Shown one piece after another: positions 1 through 10,440 of a stretch of 64,000 bases of DNA. The stretch covers positions 124,001 through 188,000 of the forward strand of contig CM022668.1 in NCBI GenBank assembly GCA_012295275.1, in the 5' to 3' direction. A program made the position numbers and the translations under genes. The DNA comes from Chrysomallon squamiferum. Its lineage: Eukaryota; Animalia; Mollusca. The notes beneath the pieces are model-generated. The model worked only from the letters and a program-made list of their open reading frames with translations. It was not told the DNA's origin and made no database searches. Every line of letters starts with the position of its first letter. Positions within the stretch are counted from its first letter, which is position 1.

Positions 1-599
1 GCATTAGTAAGAAGGCAATCTTTCCTTAACTACACACTATAGTTTTTGACAATTCATGAGAAACTGTCTAGATTAGGAAATAAACCAATTTTAACACCAA
101 CAAGTCTGGGATCTACAACCCATCACACAGATCTCTACATCAGCATATTAGTTATTACAATAGTTTAATTTTCTTTCTTTTTAAATACTGAAGAATATGT
201 TATATTATCTTTTCATGATTAATTCACTTTAACTATTAAAATATATGAAGTATGACATTAGCAATTACTGAGATCATATTGCCTAACATATATGCAATTC
301 AATACTTTAATATTTTAATCAGATACATGCATTGTACTATATAAACAACAATGTACTGACATATATCTATTTCTGTTTACTCTGTTTAGAAAGATGGGAT
401 AATGTTAACTGAATTCTACAATCACATAATTATTTGAATTATGTATGTCCATGTATATACATTGTTGGCTATAAATATATATGTAAGATTTACAGAAAAA
501 CATAATCAGATAATGACATATAATACATCTACAGTAATTCTAGAATGCTTACCGCTACTTTATACAAAAATAATTAATAATAAAAATAATTTTAAAAAC

Positions 600-720
600 C
601 CTGTCTAATACAGACATATATATGTAGGGCCATGTATAAGGTGTCTTTTCATCAAAGGGGCAAAAACCAACTTTACAATCTTTATTCACATATATCACAC
701 CAGTACCCACAACAAATATA
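600..720. repeat. Dispersed repeat fragment (copy 1; copy 2 at ~43670-43770)
   Basis: TTTACAATCTTTATTCACATATATCACACCAGTACCCACAACAAATATA closely matches TTTACAATGTTTATTCACATCCATCACACCAGTACCCACAACGAACATA near 43720-43770. The upstream TTTCATCAAAGGGGCAAAAA / TTTCGTCAGAGGGACAAAAA also align. Family not identified. Confidence 0.6.
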
Positions 721-2789
721 GGAAGTATCACAGTTTTCTCTTCAAATACAATTCCTAATATGCACAATGCTGAATGTAAATGAAACTTATTTTGCACATA
801 ATAAATTTTGTAGCAATAAGGTATAGTTATGTTGTTTTTTTTAAATGTGTTTGAAACCAAAACAGTTTCGATTTGTGCCAGCCACTCTATCTTTTCAACC
901 TCAAAAATCTGCTAAGATGTGATATTTATAAAACAAATATAAATGGACTGATGTTGAATGTTTGATTTATCAAAATTATGTTCCAAATAGTTTGAACTTC
1001 CAGTGTTTGATGATTGCAGTTTGCTGGCTCTTGTGAGTTGACAAAAACAACACTCCCTGCAGGCACTGTGCAGTGCAGAAAATGAGCAGTGTTATCTTTA
1101 CAAATATTTTATAAAGCTGCAATACAACAATAAAAGTATTTATTTTGGAGAAAACTAATCCAAATCAGTATAACTGTTCACTTTAGCAGTGGAATAACAA
1201 TTAAAAATATGCTGTTTTTGACCACTTTTGGTAGATTGCCGCTGATATAAGGGATATATCCACTGAAAAACAATCAGGACTGAGAAAAGCATCTGTGTGT
1301 TACAGGTGGCTGTTCACCTCAGAGGCCAATAAATACAGGTGCAACTGTAGATTTAAAAATATATATACTAAATTATACATATTTAAAAAATATTTCAGAT
1401 AGGTTAATAATAAATTTGCTACATAAATTACCCAGCAATAAATGAATAAATGAATGATATGCACAAAATATATGAAATGAATGCATGATAAATGAAAAGT
1501 ATAAAATATATGATAAATGAAAAGTATAAAATATATGAAAAATGAATGAATAATAAATTAATAAAATTAATAATAATATGAAGTAACTGAGTAATTTGAC
1601 AATATTAACTACTAAAATATTAATACACCTTTCTGTTTTGTTATTTGAAAACAAACAAAAATCAACATCTGTCAACATCCCTCTATTCAGTAAAATTATA
1701 ATTTGGACAAAATGTTAATACTAAAAAAAACTTGCTTTCTCTGACAAAATTACAAAATAAAATAATTAGAGATCACTGAATATTTGTTCTTTATCAGCTG
1801 ATAACTGAACTGTGTGTGATACTAACCCATTAACCTTAGTTATCATTATTAGATGTTGTATGTACACTAAGTTATCTCTCGTTGATATATATATTATTAC
1901 CTCTCCATGTAAACATATCAAAATATAAGTGATTTCAAGTCATGTGGTAACAATTATACTATACAGTTTAAAGTCCTCAGTAATTAGAAAATCTTTGATC
2001 ACATGTATATTATTAGTGTGTGTGTGCGTGTGCATGTGTGTTCCACTGGCAATCTGAGGTATGTTTAATCATAAACATGAAAGAAAGGTCATCCCAAGTA
2101 TTTATGTTTGCCTCTGCTGACTGTATGCATAGAAATGTGATTAGCAGTTTTTCAGCCTGGCTATGTTCCCAGTAGAACAAGTATGTTCAGGTCTCTCATA
2201 AGGTTGTTCAGTGGAAATGGCAAAAGGTTGTGTCAGCAAAAACAGTTTACATGCAACTGCTAAAACAGGTGTTTTGGGGGGGAGTTATATATATTATTAT
2301 TATTATAATGATAGCTAATAGTGTCTTTGTTTGGGCTTTTCATGCTGTTGTTTGGGGGGGGTGTTTGGCTTTTTACTGTTTTGTTTCTGTGCTCTTTTGT
2401 TTTCTTTTTTTTAGGCTTGTTTCTTCTTTTTTTCTTTTTTTGATGTGGGATGTGTTTTTTGTGGGGGTTTTATGTGGAATTGATTGATTGTTAATACAAG
2501 ATGTGTAATTCAACATTAAATGATTAACATTTTTGTTTTACTTAACAGTTTTTTAAAGAGTAGCTGGGGTGACTGGATAAACAGTCTAAATTTATCAGTA
2601 AATGTATTTCTTATACTTCCCTCTGTTTTATTGTACAGGTTTTTCTAACATATCTATTAACTTTTTCTGCACGAACTTTTTCCCCTTTTTTTTCAAGTCA
2701 GACATCCTGATTTTATTATTTTACTGTCATTTTTATTATTACTATTATTAATGGAAACTGGTAACAAATAAACTAATGTATATAAAACA

Positions 2790-2793
2790 TGTA

Positions 2794-2838
<45 letters not shown>

Positions 2839-2908
2839 ATGTGTGCATGTGTGTGTGTGTGCGTGCGTGCGTGTGTGTGCGTGCGTGTGTGTGCGTGTTC
2901 GTGTGTGT
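2790..2908. repeat. Compound (GT)n/(GCGT)n microsatellite
   Basis: Seen directly; explains the THTH pseudo-ORF 2748..2948. Confidence 0.95.
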
Positions 2909-4380
2909 TTGACACTAATAATAACAGCAACAATGACAAAAACAACAATTGGTGAAAATAATATTTAACATTATCAGAGTTTTGATATTACAAGTAGGAC
3001 CTCCAGCAGCGTCATAGTTAACCTAATTATTAATGATAAAATAAACGCTGTTATTCTCAGTAAGACCTTTTTTTTATTTTTTTTATTTCATGTAAACATG
3101 TTAGTTTTATTTTCCCATTATTATTCTGAGTAGTGGAAGCATATAACTAAATATACAGAATTAAAGTCATTAATCATACAGTGTATAAGTCAATAAATAT
3201 TCAAAAGTCAAAATTTAAAAGAAAAGAAAGTAAGTTATTTTATGTTTTATACAAAATTTACATCTTGTTACAGCTAACACAGATGTTTACACACCTGTTT
3301 TCAATGAAATGTTCAATAAATAAACATTCACATAGAAAAGGGTATTCTAAATTTTAAACAGAATATTTATGTCATAATTTTTGCAGGCTGTTTTTGTTCA
3401 GTGTTAAATGTTAAATGCAGATGTCTAAGCTTTATTAATATATGCATGTTAACACAATCTAGACAAAAACAGTCATTGTACACTTGTCTACTGATTAACT
3501 CTTCCTAGGAACTGGTTAAAAGTATTTCAGAAATCAATGAAAACTAATTCCTTGTCCTTTATCAGAATAGTTTAAACACAAACCTGCTCTGTTAATTTGT
3601 TGCAATAAGCATCTCAGTATGAACGTAAGTAAAAATAATCTGTTATTTCCCTAATTTCCACATGCAGCTAACATTCATTTCAAAATCAATACTGCTGCAG
3701 TTGCCTTATTTTCAAACATTGGGAATTTTTTTAATATTTCTGTAATATATATTTTTAAAAATGACATAAGTGTTAAATAATAAATTAAAAAAATGAATAA
3801 AAATTATTTTTATGTATATGTGTTTGTGTGTGTGTGTGTGTTCAGAGAGAAAGAAACAGACAACACACACAAATATTCCCATATACTATTGTATTTAGAA
3901 AGAAATGGGGCACTAACAGAAAGCAGAAAAAACTCAAACGCTCCATCACAGTAAAGTGAGTCAGCAACCATGTTAAGTGTTTAATACAGTTATTAGGAAT
4001 AATGGTTATAAATATGCTCTAGCAAATGTGAACTTATTGATTATCTTGGCATAATTTCTAAAATTAACTGATGTCTAATATATAAAATGAGAAAACCCAT
4101 GAGACTGCAGTTTACATTTCAATTAAATGACTATTTTCCAGAGAAAATAATTTTTATAAAATATGTGCCTCTCCCTCCTATTTTTCTCAAGTTAGATGAT
4201 TAAAAAAATAATATATAAATTTCTGAACAAGATGGAAAAAAAGATAACAAATGTGTAACCCTCAAACGGATTTTTGTTAAGAATTAATCTTTTATCAGAT
4301 GAGTACAAAAAACAAAAACAATGGTAATATTACCACCCTGAAATTGAATTCTTATTCCAAAATAGCAGTAATAGACATAC

Positions 4381-4401
4381 ATCTATTTTCATTTAAAACA
4401 G
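4381..4401 (-). CDS. Candidate 21-nt in-frame microexon of the CTDSP gene (adds AVLNENR)
   Basis: Minus strand reads ...cttgtggtttctgtttcag|CTGTTTTAAATGAAAATAGAT|gtatgt: pyrimidine tract plus CAG acceptor and GTATGT donor. 21 nt preserves phase 1 after exon 1 with no stop. No homology or transcript support. Confidence 0.3.
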
Positions 4402-5590
4402 CTGAAACAGAAACCACAAGTGAATGAATCATTACAAAATGCAAGTCTGTTGAGTATAGTTGAGTATAGTTTTCTGCTGAAACATTGTATTCAAAATATA
4501 TTGTTTTTGCACTTTATTATTATCAAGACACTGGGTAGGTCTATATTTGTTTTATTGTTGTTGTTTAAAAGAAGATCCCGCAATATATTTTTTCCCTTTA
4601 AAATATATATTTAAATCCTAATACTGTTACTTTATGTTGAAATCTGACACTAAATGATAAAATTTTAAAAACTACAGAACTACATGTAAAATAACATCTT
4701 GTTTTAGACTATTTTATTAGAAAATGAAGTCCATATGAGGTTAATATTTATTTGAATGTGTGTGATGCAACGAAGCAGCTCATTTTATTTACTTGTAGTG
4801 AAAATGGATATGATAAAAAAATGTCACTGCATCAACTATTCCATGTAAAACTTACTAAACACAGTTTATCTCTTCAGTTGGTTTACAACACATAGTCATG
4901 TATTAAACAGTAATTAGAATAAATCTTTATTTCAAAGAATAACGTCTGTCAGTTTTCTCAGGGATAATTTTCAAAAAATATTTTATATAATTCTATAATA
5001 TTCAGTTAATATAACCTACACTTTTATTTATAAACTGAATTAGTGTGAATCCATGTTGTTCAGACTAGAGTGATAATGCAAATAAGAGAAGCTTCATAAA
5101 CTTAATTTGGTTGATGATTTTATCGTGTTGTGACAACAAAAAGGGAAGGGAGATAACCGATAACAGAAAGAACAAAATCCGATGTAAACATGTTATTGGT
5201 GTTACAAACAGTTAATCTTCAATCTGTAATATTACATTCAACAAAAATCTTTGATGTCATTTAGTTCGTATATGCTACAAAACAGACCTAAAGAGCAAAT
5301 AACAAAATGTTTATCACTTCGTCATCTTTAGCAAGTTTAGCAAAGCAGCTTCGAGAAAGAAAAATATCAGAATTAGGGCACACTAAATAAACACATCAAA
5401 TATTACTACTTTTCTAAAAATACATATGCATATTTAATTTTAAAGCATACAGAATATATTGGAATCAAAAACAGAAGTATAAACACAATTTAAATGCACG
5501 TGTAAACTCAATAAACATAGCAGGTGCCCAACATACCGACACTTAGTCGCCATTTTCTCATGACCACTTGCAACGTTCTTCCAGTCTTAC

Positions 5591-5666
5591 CTTTTTCCGA
5601 TGCGGGAAATGTGTTGAGGAGTTCATCTTCTTGTCGAACTTGAGTTATAATGGACGTACTGTCCAT
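5591..5666 (-). CDS. CTDSP: First coding exon of CTD small phosphatase (SCP/CTDSP1/2/L family); remainder beyond left edge of window
   Basis: The ATG at 5666 gives MDSTSIITQVRQEDELLNTFPASEK plus one G, followed by the strong donor AG|GTAAGA. This matches the family N-terminus as recalled (human CTDSPL MDGPAIITQVTNPKEDE..., CTDSP1 MDSSAVITQISKEE..., CTDSP2 MEHGSIITQARRED...). It sits in a CpG-retaining island. Confidence 0.82.
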
Positions 5667-6100
5667 TTAGAAGATGGGCAATCCTCCTGAGGGCGACGTT
5701 TTTGCTGCGACACGGTAAAATACTCCAAAGAAATTTCCTATTGCAAAACATGGACTATGGCTTCCAAAGTAAATAACATGGCTCCCGATATTGTATACTC
5801 ATGAATATTAAGTAGGGTCATGAATATTAAGATATTTTGCGTATTTTTACTACATAATTACATGGCAGCACAAAATTTGAATATTATTATGACTAAATAC
5901 TTAAAATATAATATTTAAACTAATAAAACCAAATTAAATAGTATATTAGTTGCCATAGAATAATTATCTAATTCCCGCGTTAAACAGCACCTTTGTGACC
6001 TAGTCAGGTCTTGAGCATTTTAACCAATAAGAATTCAGGTTAGAAGGTCAGAGCCTTTGATGTGACCCCACCGTAGATGTTGCAATTCGACTTTTGGCAG
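5667..6100 (-). promoter_or_regulatory. Putative CTDSP 5'UTR/promoter region
   Basis: CpG-containing DNA directly upstream of the ATG. Contains a duplicated TCATGAATATTAAG (5799-5812, 5818-5831), several AGGTCA/TGACC half-sites at 5995-6070 and CCTTTGAT at 6054. TSS not determined. Confidence 0.45.
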
Positions 6101-6464
6101 GTGCTTATGTTGTTAAGATTGCGTTTGTCCTACTTTTGTATAAGATAATGCAACATAGTTTACATTTTTATGTCATATCATTACACTTGAAAAACAATAA
6201 CATCGTTATTATGAACATATTCTGTTGCACGCGCAAATGTATTCCTTTAAAGATTAAAATAAAAAGTACTTTAACTTTGAGAGAAAAAACATATTTCGTA
6301 ATTCGTTTACGCACATTGTTTATCAAATGACCGTTGTACTTCACAGTGTATGAAATATAGATTTGATGTGTTCCATGAAAAAAAATGTTTTACTTATTTT
6401 TTTCTTATATATATAGTAATATAAAATAATATTGTTAAGTAACAGAGAAAAAGAAATCATTTAT

Positions 6465-6546
6465 TGGCAGCGGTGGGATTCGAACCCACGCCTCCAAAGA
6501 GACTGGTGCCTAAAACCAGCGCCTTAGACCGCTCGGCCACGCTACC
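6465..6546 (-). tRNA. tRNA-Leu-TAG: tRNA-Leu (anticodon TAG), copy 1
   Basis: 82 nt: GGTAGCGTGGCCGAGCGGTCTAAGGCGCTGGTTTTAGGCACCAGTCTCTTTGGAGGCGTGGGTTCGAATCCCACCGCTGCCA. A and B boxes intact, CTGGT/ACCAG anticodon stem, long variable arm, T5 Pol III terminator downstream at 6448-6452. Confidence 0.96.
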
Positions 6547-6592
6547 ATAAGGCGTAAATTGTGTCTTATATAATCAATATCAAGTTCTAATA

Positions 6593-6901
6593 CATAGGTT
6601 TTCAACCTGGGGGTTGTGACCTCCGGAGGGGTCGCCAGTCTAATTTTCTGGGAGTCGCGAGATCGTTCTTGAGCAAGGGTATGTTTTAGCTTTTTTCAAC
6701 TTGACTTGGAAGGAGGAATAAATAAGAATGGATATATACGTTTGGGCCCCCTCATAGTGAATATAGATTACTTTTGGTTGATGAAAATATGGTAACCCTA
6801 GATATTACTGAATAAAATTTTTTAAAGGGTGTCATCTGTCATATTGAGTTGCTTATAAGGGGTGGCAGTATCGTGAGTATGAAAAAGGTTGAAAATCAGT
6901 G
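6593..6901. mobile_element. Non-autonomous hAT (Buster/Charlie-type) MITE, ~309 bp, degenerate
   Basis: Left end CATAGGTTTTCAACCT; right end reverse complement CACTGATTTTCAACCT. Subterminal GGGGTCGC-type motif. Flanks TTCTAATA (6585-6592) and TTCTATCA (6902-6909) are a 6/8 match to an 8-bp TSD with central TA. Confidence 0.75.
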
Positions 6902-7252
6902 TTCTATCAAAATCTGATGGTAATTATAATTAATTAATATAAACATATATTTATTATTTTATTTTAAGAACAATAACCAACTTTTCTTTCCTGTCTATCA
7001 GTTATAACTAGATTGTTTATGAATTGAAATAGTTATAATAATGATAATACAAGAAAGGTAAACAAATAAAAAGTTGTTTAAAAAACAACGTAATGTTATT
7101 TATATATTAGTAATAATATTAAATACAACATATTATTTAATGTAGAAATAATATTTTGCAAAAAAAAAACCCACAATAATAATAATAAATAAATAAATAA
7201 GCATATTAGGTATATTAATAAATAAAAATAAATAATAAAAAAACACATAGGT

Positions 7253-7334
7253 TGGCAGCGGTGGGATTCGAACCCACGCCTCCGAAGAGACTGGTGCCTA
7301 AAACCAGCGCCTTAGACCGCTCGGCCACGCTACC
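7253..7334 (-). tRNA. tRNA-Leu-TAG: tRNA-Leu (anticodon TAG), copy 2
   Basis: 82 nt, identical to copy 1 except one variable-arm base (TTCG vs TTTG). T7 terminator downstream at 7237-7243. Confidence 0.96.
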
Positions 7335-8553
7335 ATTTCGATAACCTTGCTTTCTAAATAAGCATACAATACATTGTCTCATTACTATTTTCATACTTCT
7401 TAATTCATCGCCAGTTTTTATTTTACAAACGTCTATTTGAAATAACTAGTTCATTATGTATAATTATCATCGAGATTTTTCTTTTCCTTTAAACCTTTCA
7501 TTGAAACATATTCACGTTAACAAGAATGCTATTTCCGTTGAACGATAAATATCGTGAAATGGCGTAAACTATCGAACAAATATTCTGAATTGTTCACTAA
7601 TTCACGGTAATTGCCATCTACAAGTTTATACAGTAACAATTTAACAAGTTCACGGACTGGAAATGTATCAAGTGAACAGAAAAACTATTTTCTTTGTTTC
7701 TTAATGATTTAGTTGATGAATGTAATTATTATAATATTTATGCTTAGAAACGACTTTCCATGTAACAGTTATTTCCCTTAGACTGCCAGATATTTTAAGA
7801 TTTGATTATCTTTAAAGAATGTCAAGTTTGAAGTCCATGCGAGCTTGCATGTATCTTCAGAATATAATAGAATGGTAACAATGGATCTGTGGCTTTTGTT
7901 GTTGTTGTTGTTGTTGTTGTTGTTATTGGTTTTTTACTTATGGCTGTTCTATCCGTCACATCTTTATATATTTTATATCAAAATCTCCAAGATCATATGC
8001 TACCAGAATCAATCATTTAAAAATAAATATGTATTACAAAGTAACGGTAACAAAAATGCAACAACAAAAATGACGATGACAATGACGATGATTACGGCAA
8101 TGCAGGTCTGCGGATCGACAATGTCATTGGGACTGTTGATGAGCAATGTTGAATTTGTAAGGGGTTTCGGGGGGGAGGCATGCTCCTTCTTGAGCAGTTT
8201 AAAATAAAAATACCGGGAAAAGGATTTTCATGACTTCTAGACATTAAAAATAATATCTGAATGTGAATATTTAAAATATATTGCCAGTTTATAAAAAAAG
8301 ATTCAACGTCACTCGTCAGTCACTATATAGCATCTCACTGCAGCGCTATTGGATAAGAATATTAATTATGAATTAAACAAAACTAAAATTAATTAATTTA
8401 TAATTTAAAAAAAATGTTTTAGATTCAGATAGTTTTGCAATATAATTAAATTTTGTAAAGGGATCAAATTAACGGGGCGGTGGTCCGGGTCCAGCGGCCA
8501 CGTGATGAAAACGACGATGAAGAGCTTAATTTTCAACAAAAATATGAAACCTG

Positions 8554-8979
8554 GCGATAGCTTGTACAGGTTACGGATACATGACTGAGAGAGCATTATG
8601 TGCGATAGCTTGTACAGGTTACGGATACATGACTGAGAGAGCACTATGTGCGATAGCTTGTACAGGTTACGGATACATGACTGAGAGAGCACTATGTGCG
8701 ATAGCTTGTACAGGTTACGGATACATGACTGAGAGAGCACTATGTGCGATAGCTTGTACAGGTTACGGATACATGACTGAGAGAGCACTATGTGCGATGA
8801 CAGGTTACGGATACATGACTGAGAGAGCACTATGTGCGATAGCTTGTACAGGTTACGGATACATGACTGAGAGAGCACTATGTGCGATAGCTTGTACAGG
8901 TTACGGATACATGACTGAGAGAGCACTATGTGCGATAGCTTGTACAGGTTACGGATACATGACTGAGAGAGCACTATGT
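8554..8979. repeat. 48-bp minisatellite, 9 near-identical copies (one copy 6 bp shorter)
   Basis: Unit GCGATAGCTTGTACAGGTTACGGATACATGACTGAGAGAGCACTATGT; total 426 bp = 9x48 - 6. Confidence 0.97.
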
Positions 8980-9065
8980 CACATCAGACTGAACCACTGT
9001 AATCACACGTTTGATGTTTGCCGCCTCAACTAAAATCAGACATTTTCTATTTTCCTTTTTATATA

Positions 9066-9105
<40 letters not shown>

Positions 9106-10169
9106 CTTCTTTTTTTTCGGGTGGTGGTGGCGAAATGTTTGTTTTAATTTTAATTTATCAGGCCCTGGGAAGTTACAAACTATCATTATTTATTTTACTT
9201 TTTTCTATTAAACTTTCTTTTTCTTTTGTCTTCCTTATTTTTATTTTATTTATTTATTTATTTATGTATTTTTTTATTTTTTTTTAAAAATGTTGTGGTT
9301 GTTTTTCAAGATAATTACAACGACATATGAATGTTTGCCTCTGCATAATTCAAAGGAATCGATAACGTAAAAGCATTAATATATTTCATTTCGAATTATT
9401 TTATTATGCAAAGACAGAAATATGTTTTCAGAGAGAAAAAGAGACAAGGAGAGTAATAACAAATACAGAAAGAAAGATAGACAGAAAGTGAGAGAAAATG
9501 TAGAATTTTTGTTACGTGAGAAACCAGTTAACGTCAAGGTATTTGTTTGACGTAACAGTATAACGACGAAGAGAAAAATAAGTTGTCTTTCTTAGTTAAT
9601 TAGCCTTTTTTACTGCTTGTTTCTTGTATTTGCTGTAAATCCGTGTATGGGTGTCTCTCTCTCTCTGTGTGTGTGTGTGTGTGTGTGTTTGTGTGTGTGT
9701 GTGGTGTAACTTTTGTTAGCTAGGTGTTTGTATTACATATTAATGTAAGTAGCTTGCATTAATAATACATTTTCTTCTTGTTTTGATCTCGACTGTAATA
9801 ATTATGTTTGTTATTAACACTACCTCCTTGATTGATACTATTTCGTAATTTTTATTGGTTCGTTGGTTATTGTGTTTGTGAGAGAATCATTATGTGTGTT
9901 TAATAATAGTTAATACTAAACAGAATATTGGTATGTATGTGTGTATGTATGTATACATTTATAGATAGATAGTCAGAAAAAGAGACATGTAGACAGACAA
10001 ATGGATGGGATGGACGGATGGACATATATATATATACATACACACACACAATCATGATTTTATGTTTATGTGTAAATATAAATATTTCTGTATGTTTTAT
10101 GCACTGAATATTTTTGTGGGAATAGGTCTCTCTGTGTTTTGGATTTCTCTGTGAATATGTTTTTGATAA

Positions 10170-10295
10170 AATACATGTAAAAGATTCCTTGCTACTAATA
10201 ATAAAAGAAGCCCACTGCGTCGCAATACGGTTTCGTTGCAGATAACACGTTACAAATGTGTTACGTTCATAGTTAAACAAAATATTTTTTCCTTC
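10170..10295 (-). mobile_element. Decayed SINE-like dispersed repeat fragment
   Basis: Minus strand has GAAGGAAAAAATATTTTGTTTAAC...GAAACCGTATTGCGACGCAGTGGGCTTCTTTTATTATTAGTAGCAAGGAATCTTTTACATG. From memory this resembles an abundant gastropod dispersed repeat (...TGGGCTACTCTTT...TTAGCAGCAAGGGATCTTTTATATGC...). Not verified by search. Confidence 0.4.
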
Positions 10296-10440
10296 ATTTG
10301 CATGCTTTAATATATATTTGATGTCTATGTTCATTATTAGCATTATCAACGTCAACACCGTTTTTATCTTCCCACAAAAGTTAAATGCCTCTGTGGCAGC
10401 TGCCAGTGCTTGTCTCGGCACCAGTTCACCCGTAGCACAC

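Noticed and set aside
1200-1349. Tigger/pogo-like MITE end (CAGGTGCAACTGTA)
   Set aside because: No convincing matching left TIR found.
1-5590. miR-26-like hairpin in a CTDSP intron
   Set aside because: miR-26 hosting by CTDSP genes is a vertebrate feature, and I saw no matching mature sequence by eye.
8405-9033. Repeat-protein ORFs on both strands
   Set aside because: They derive from the 48-bp VNTR, with almost no synonymous variation and no recognisable domain. Kept only as a low-interest finding.
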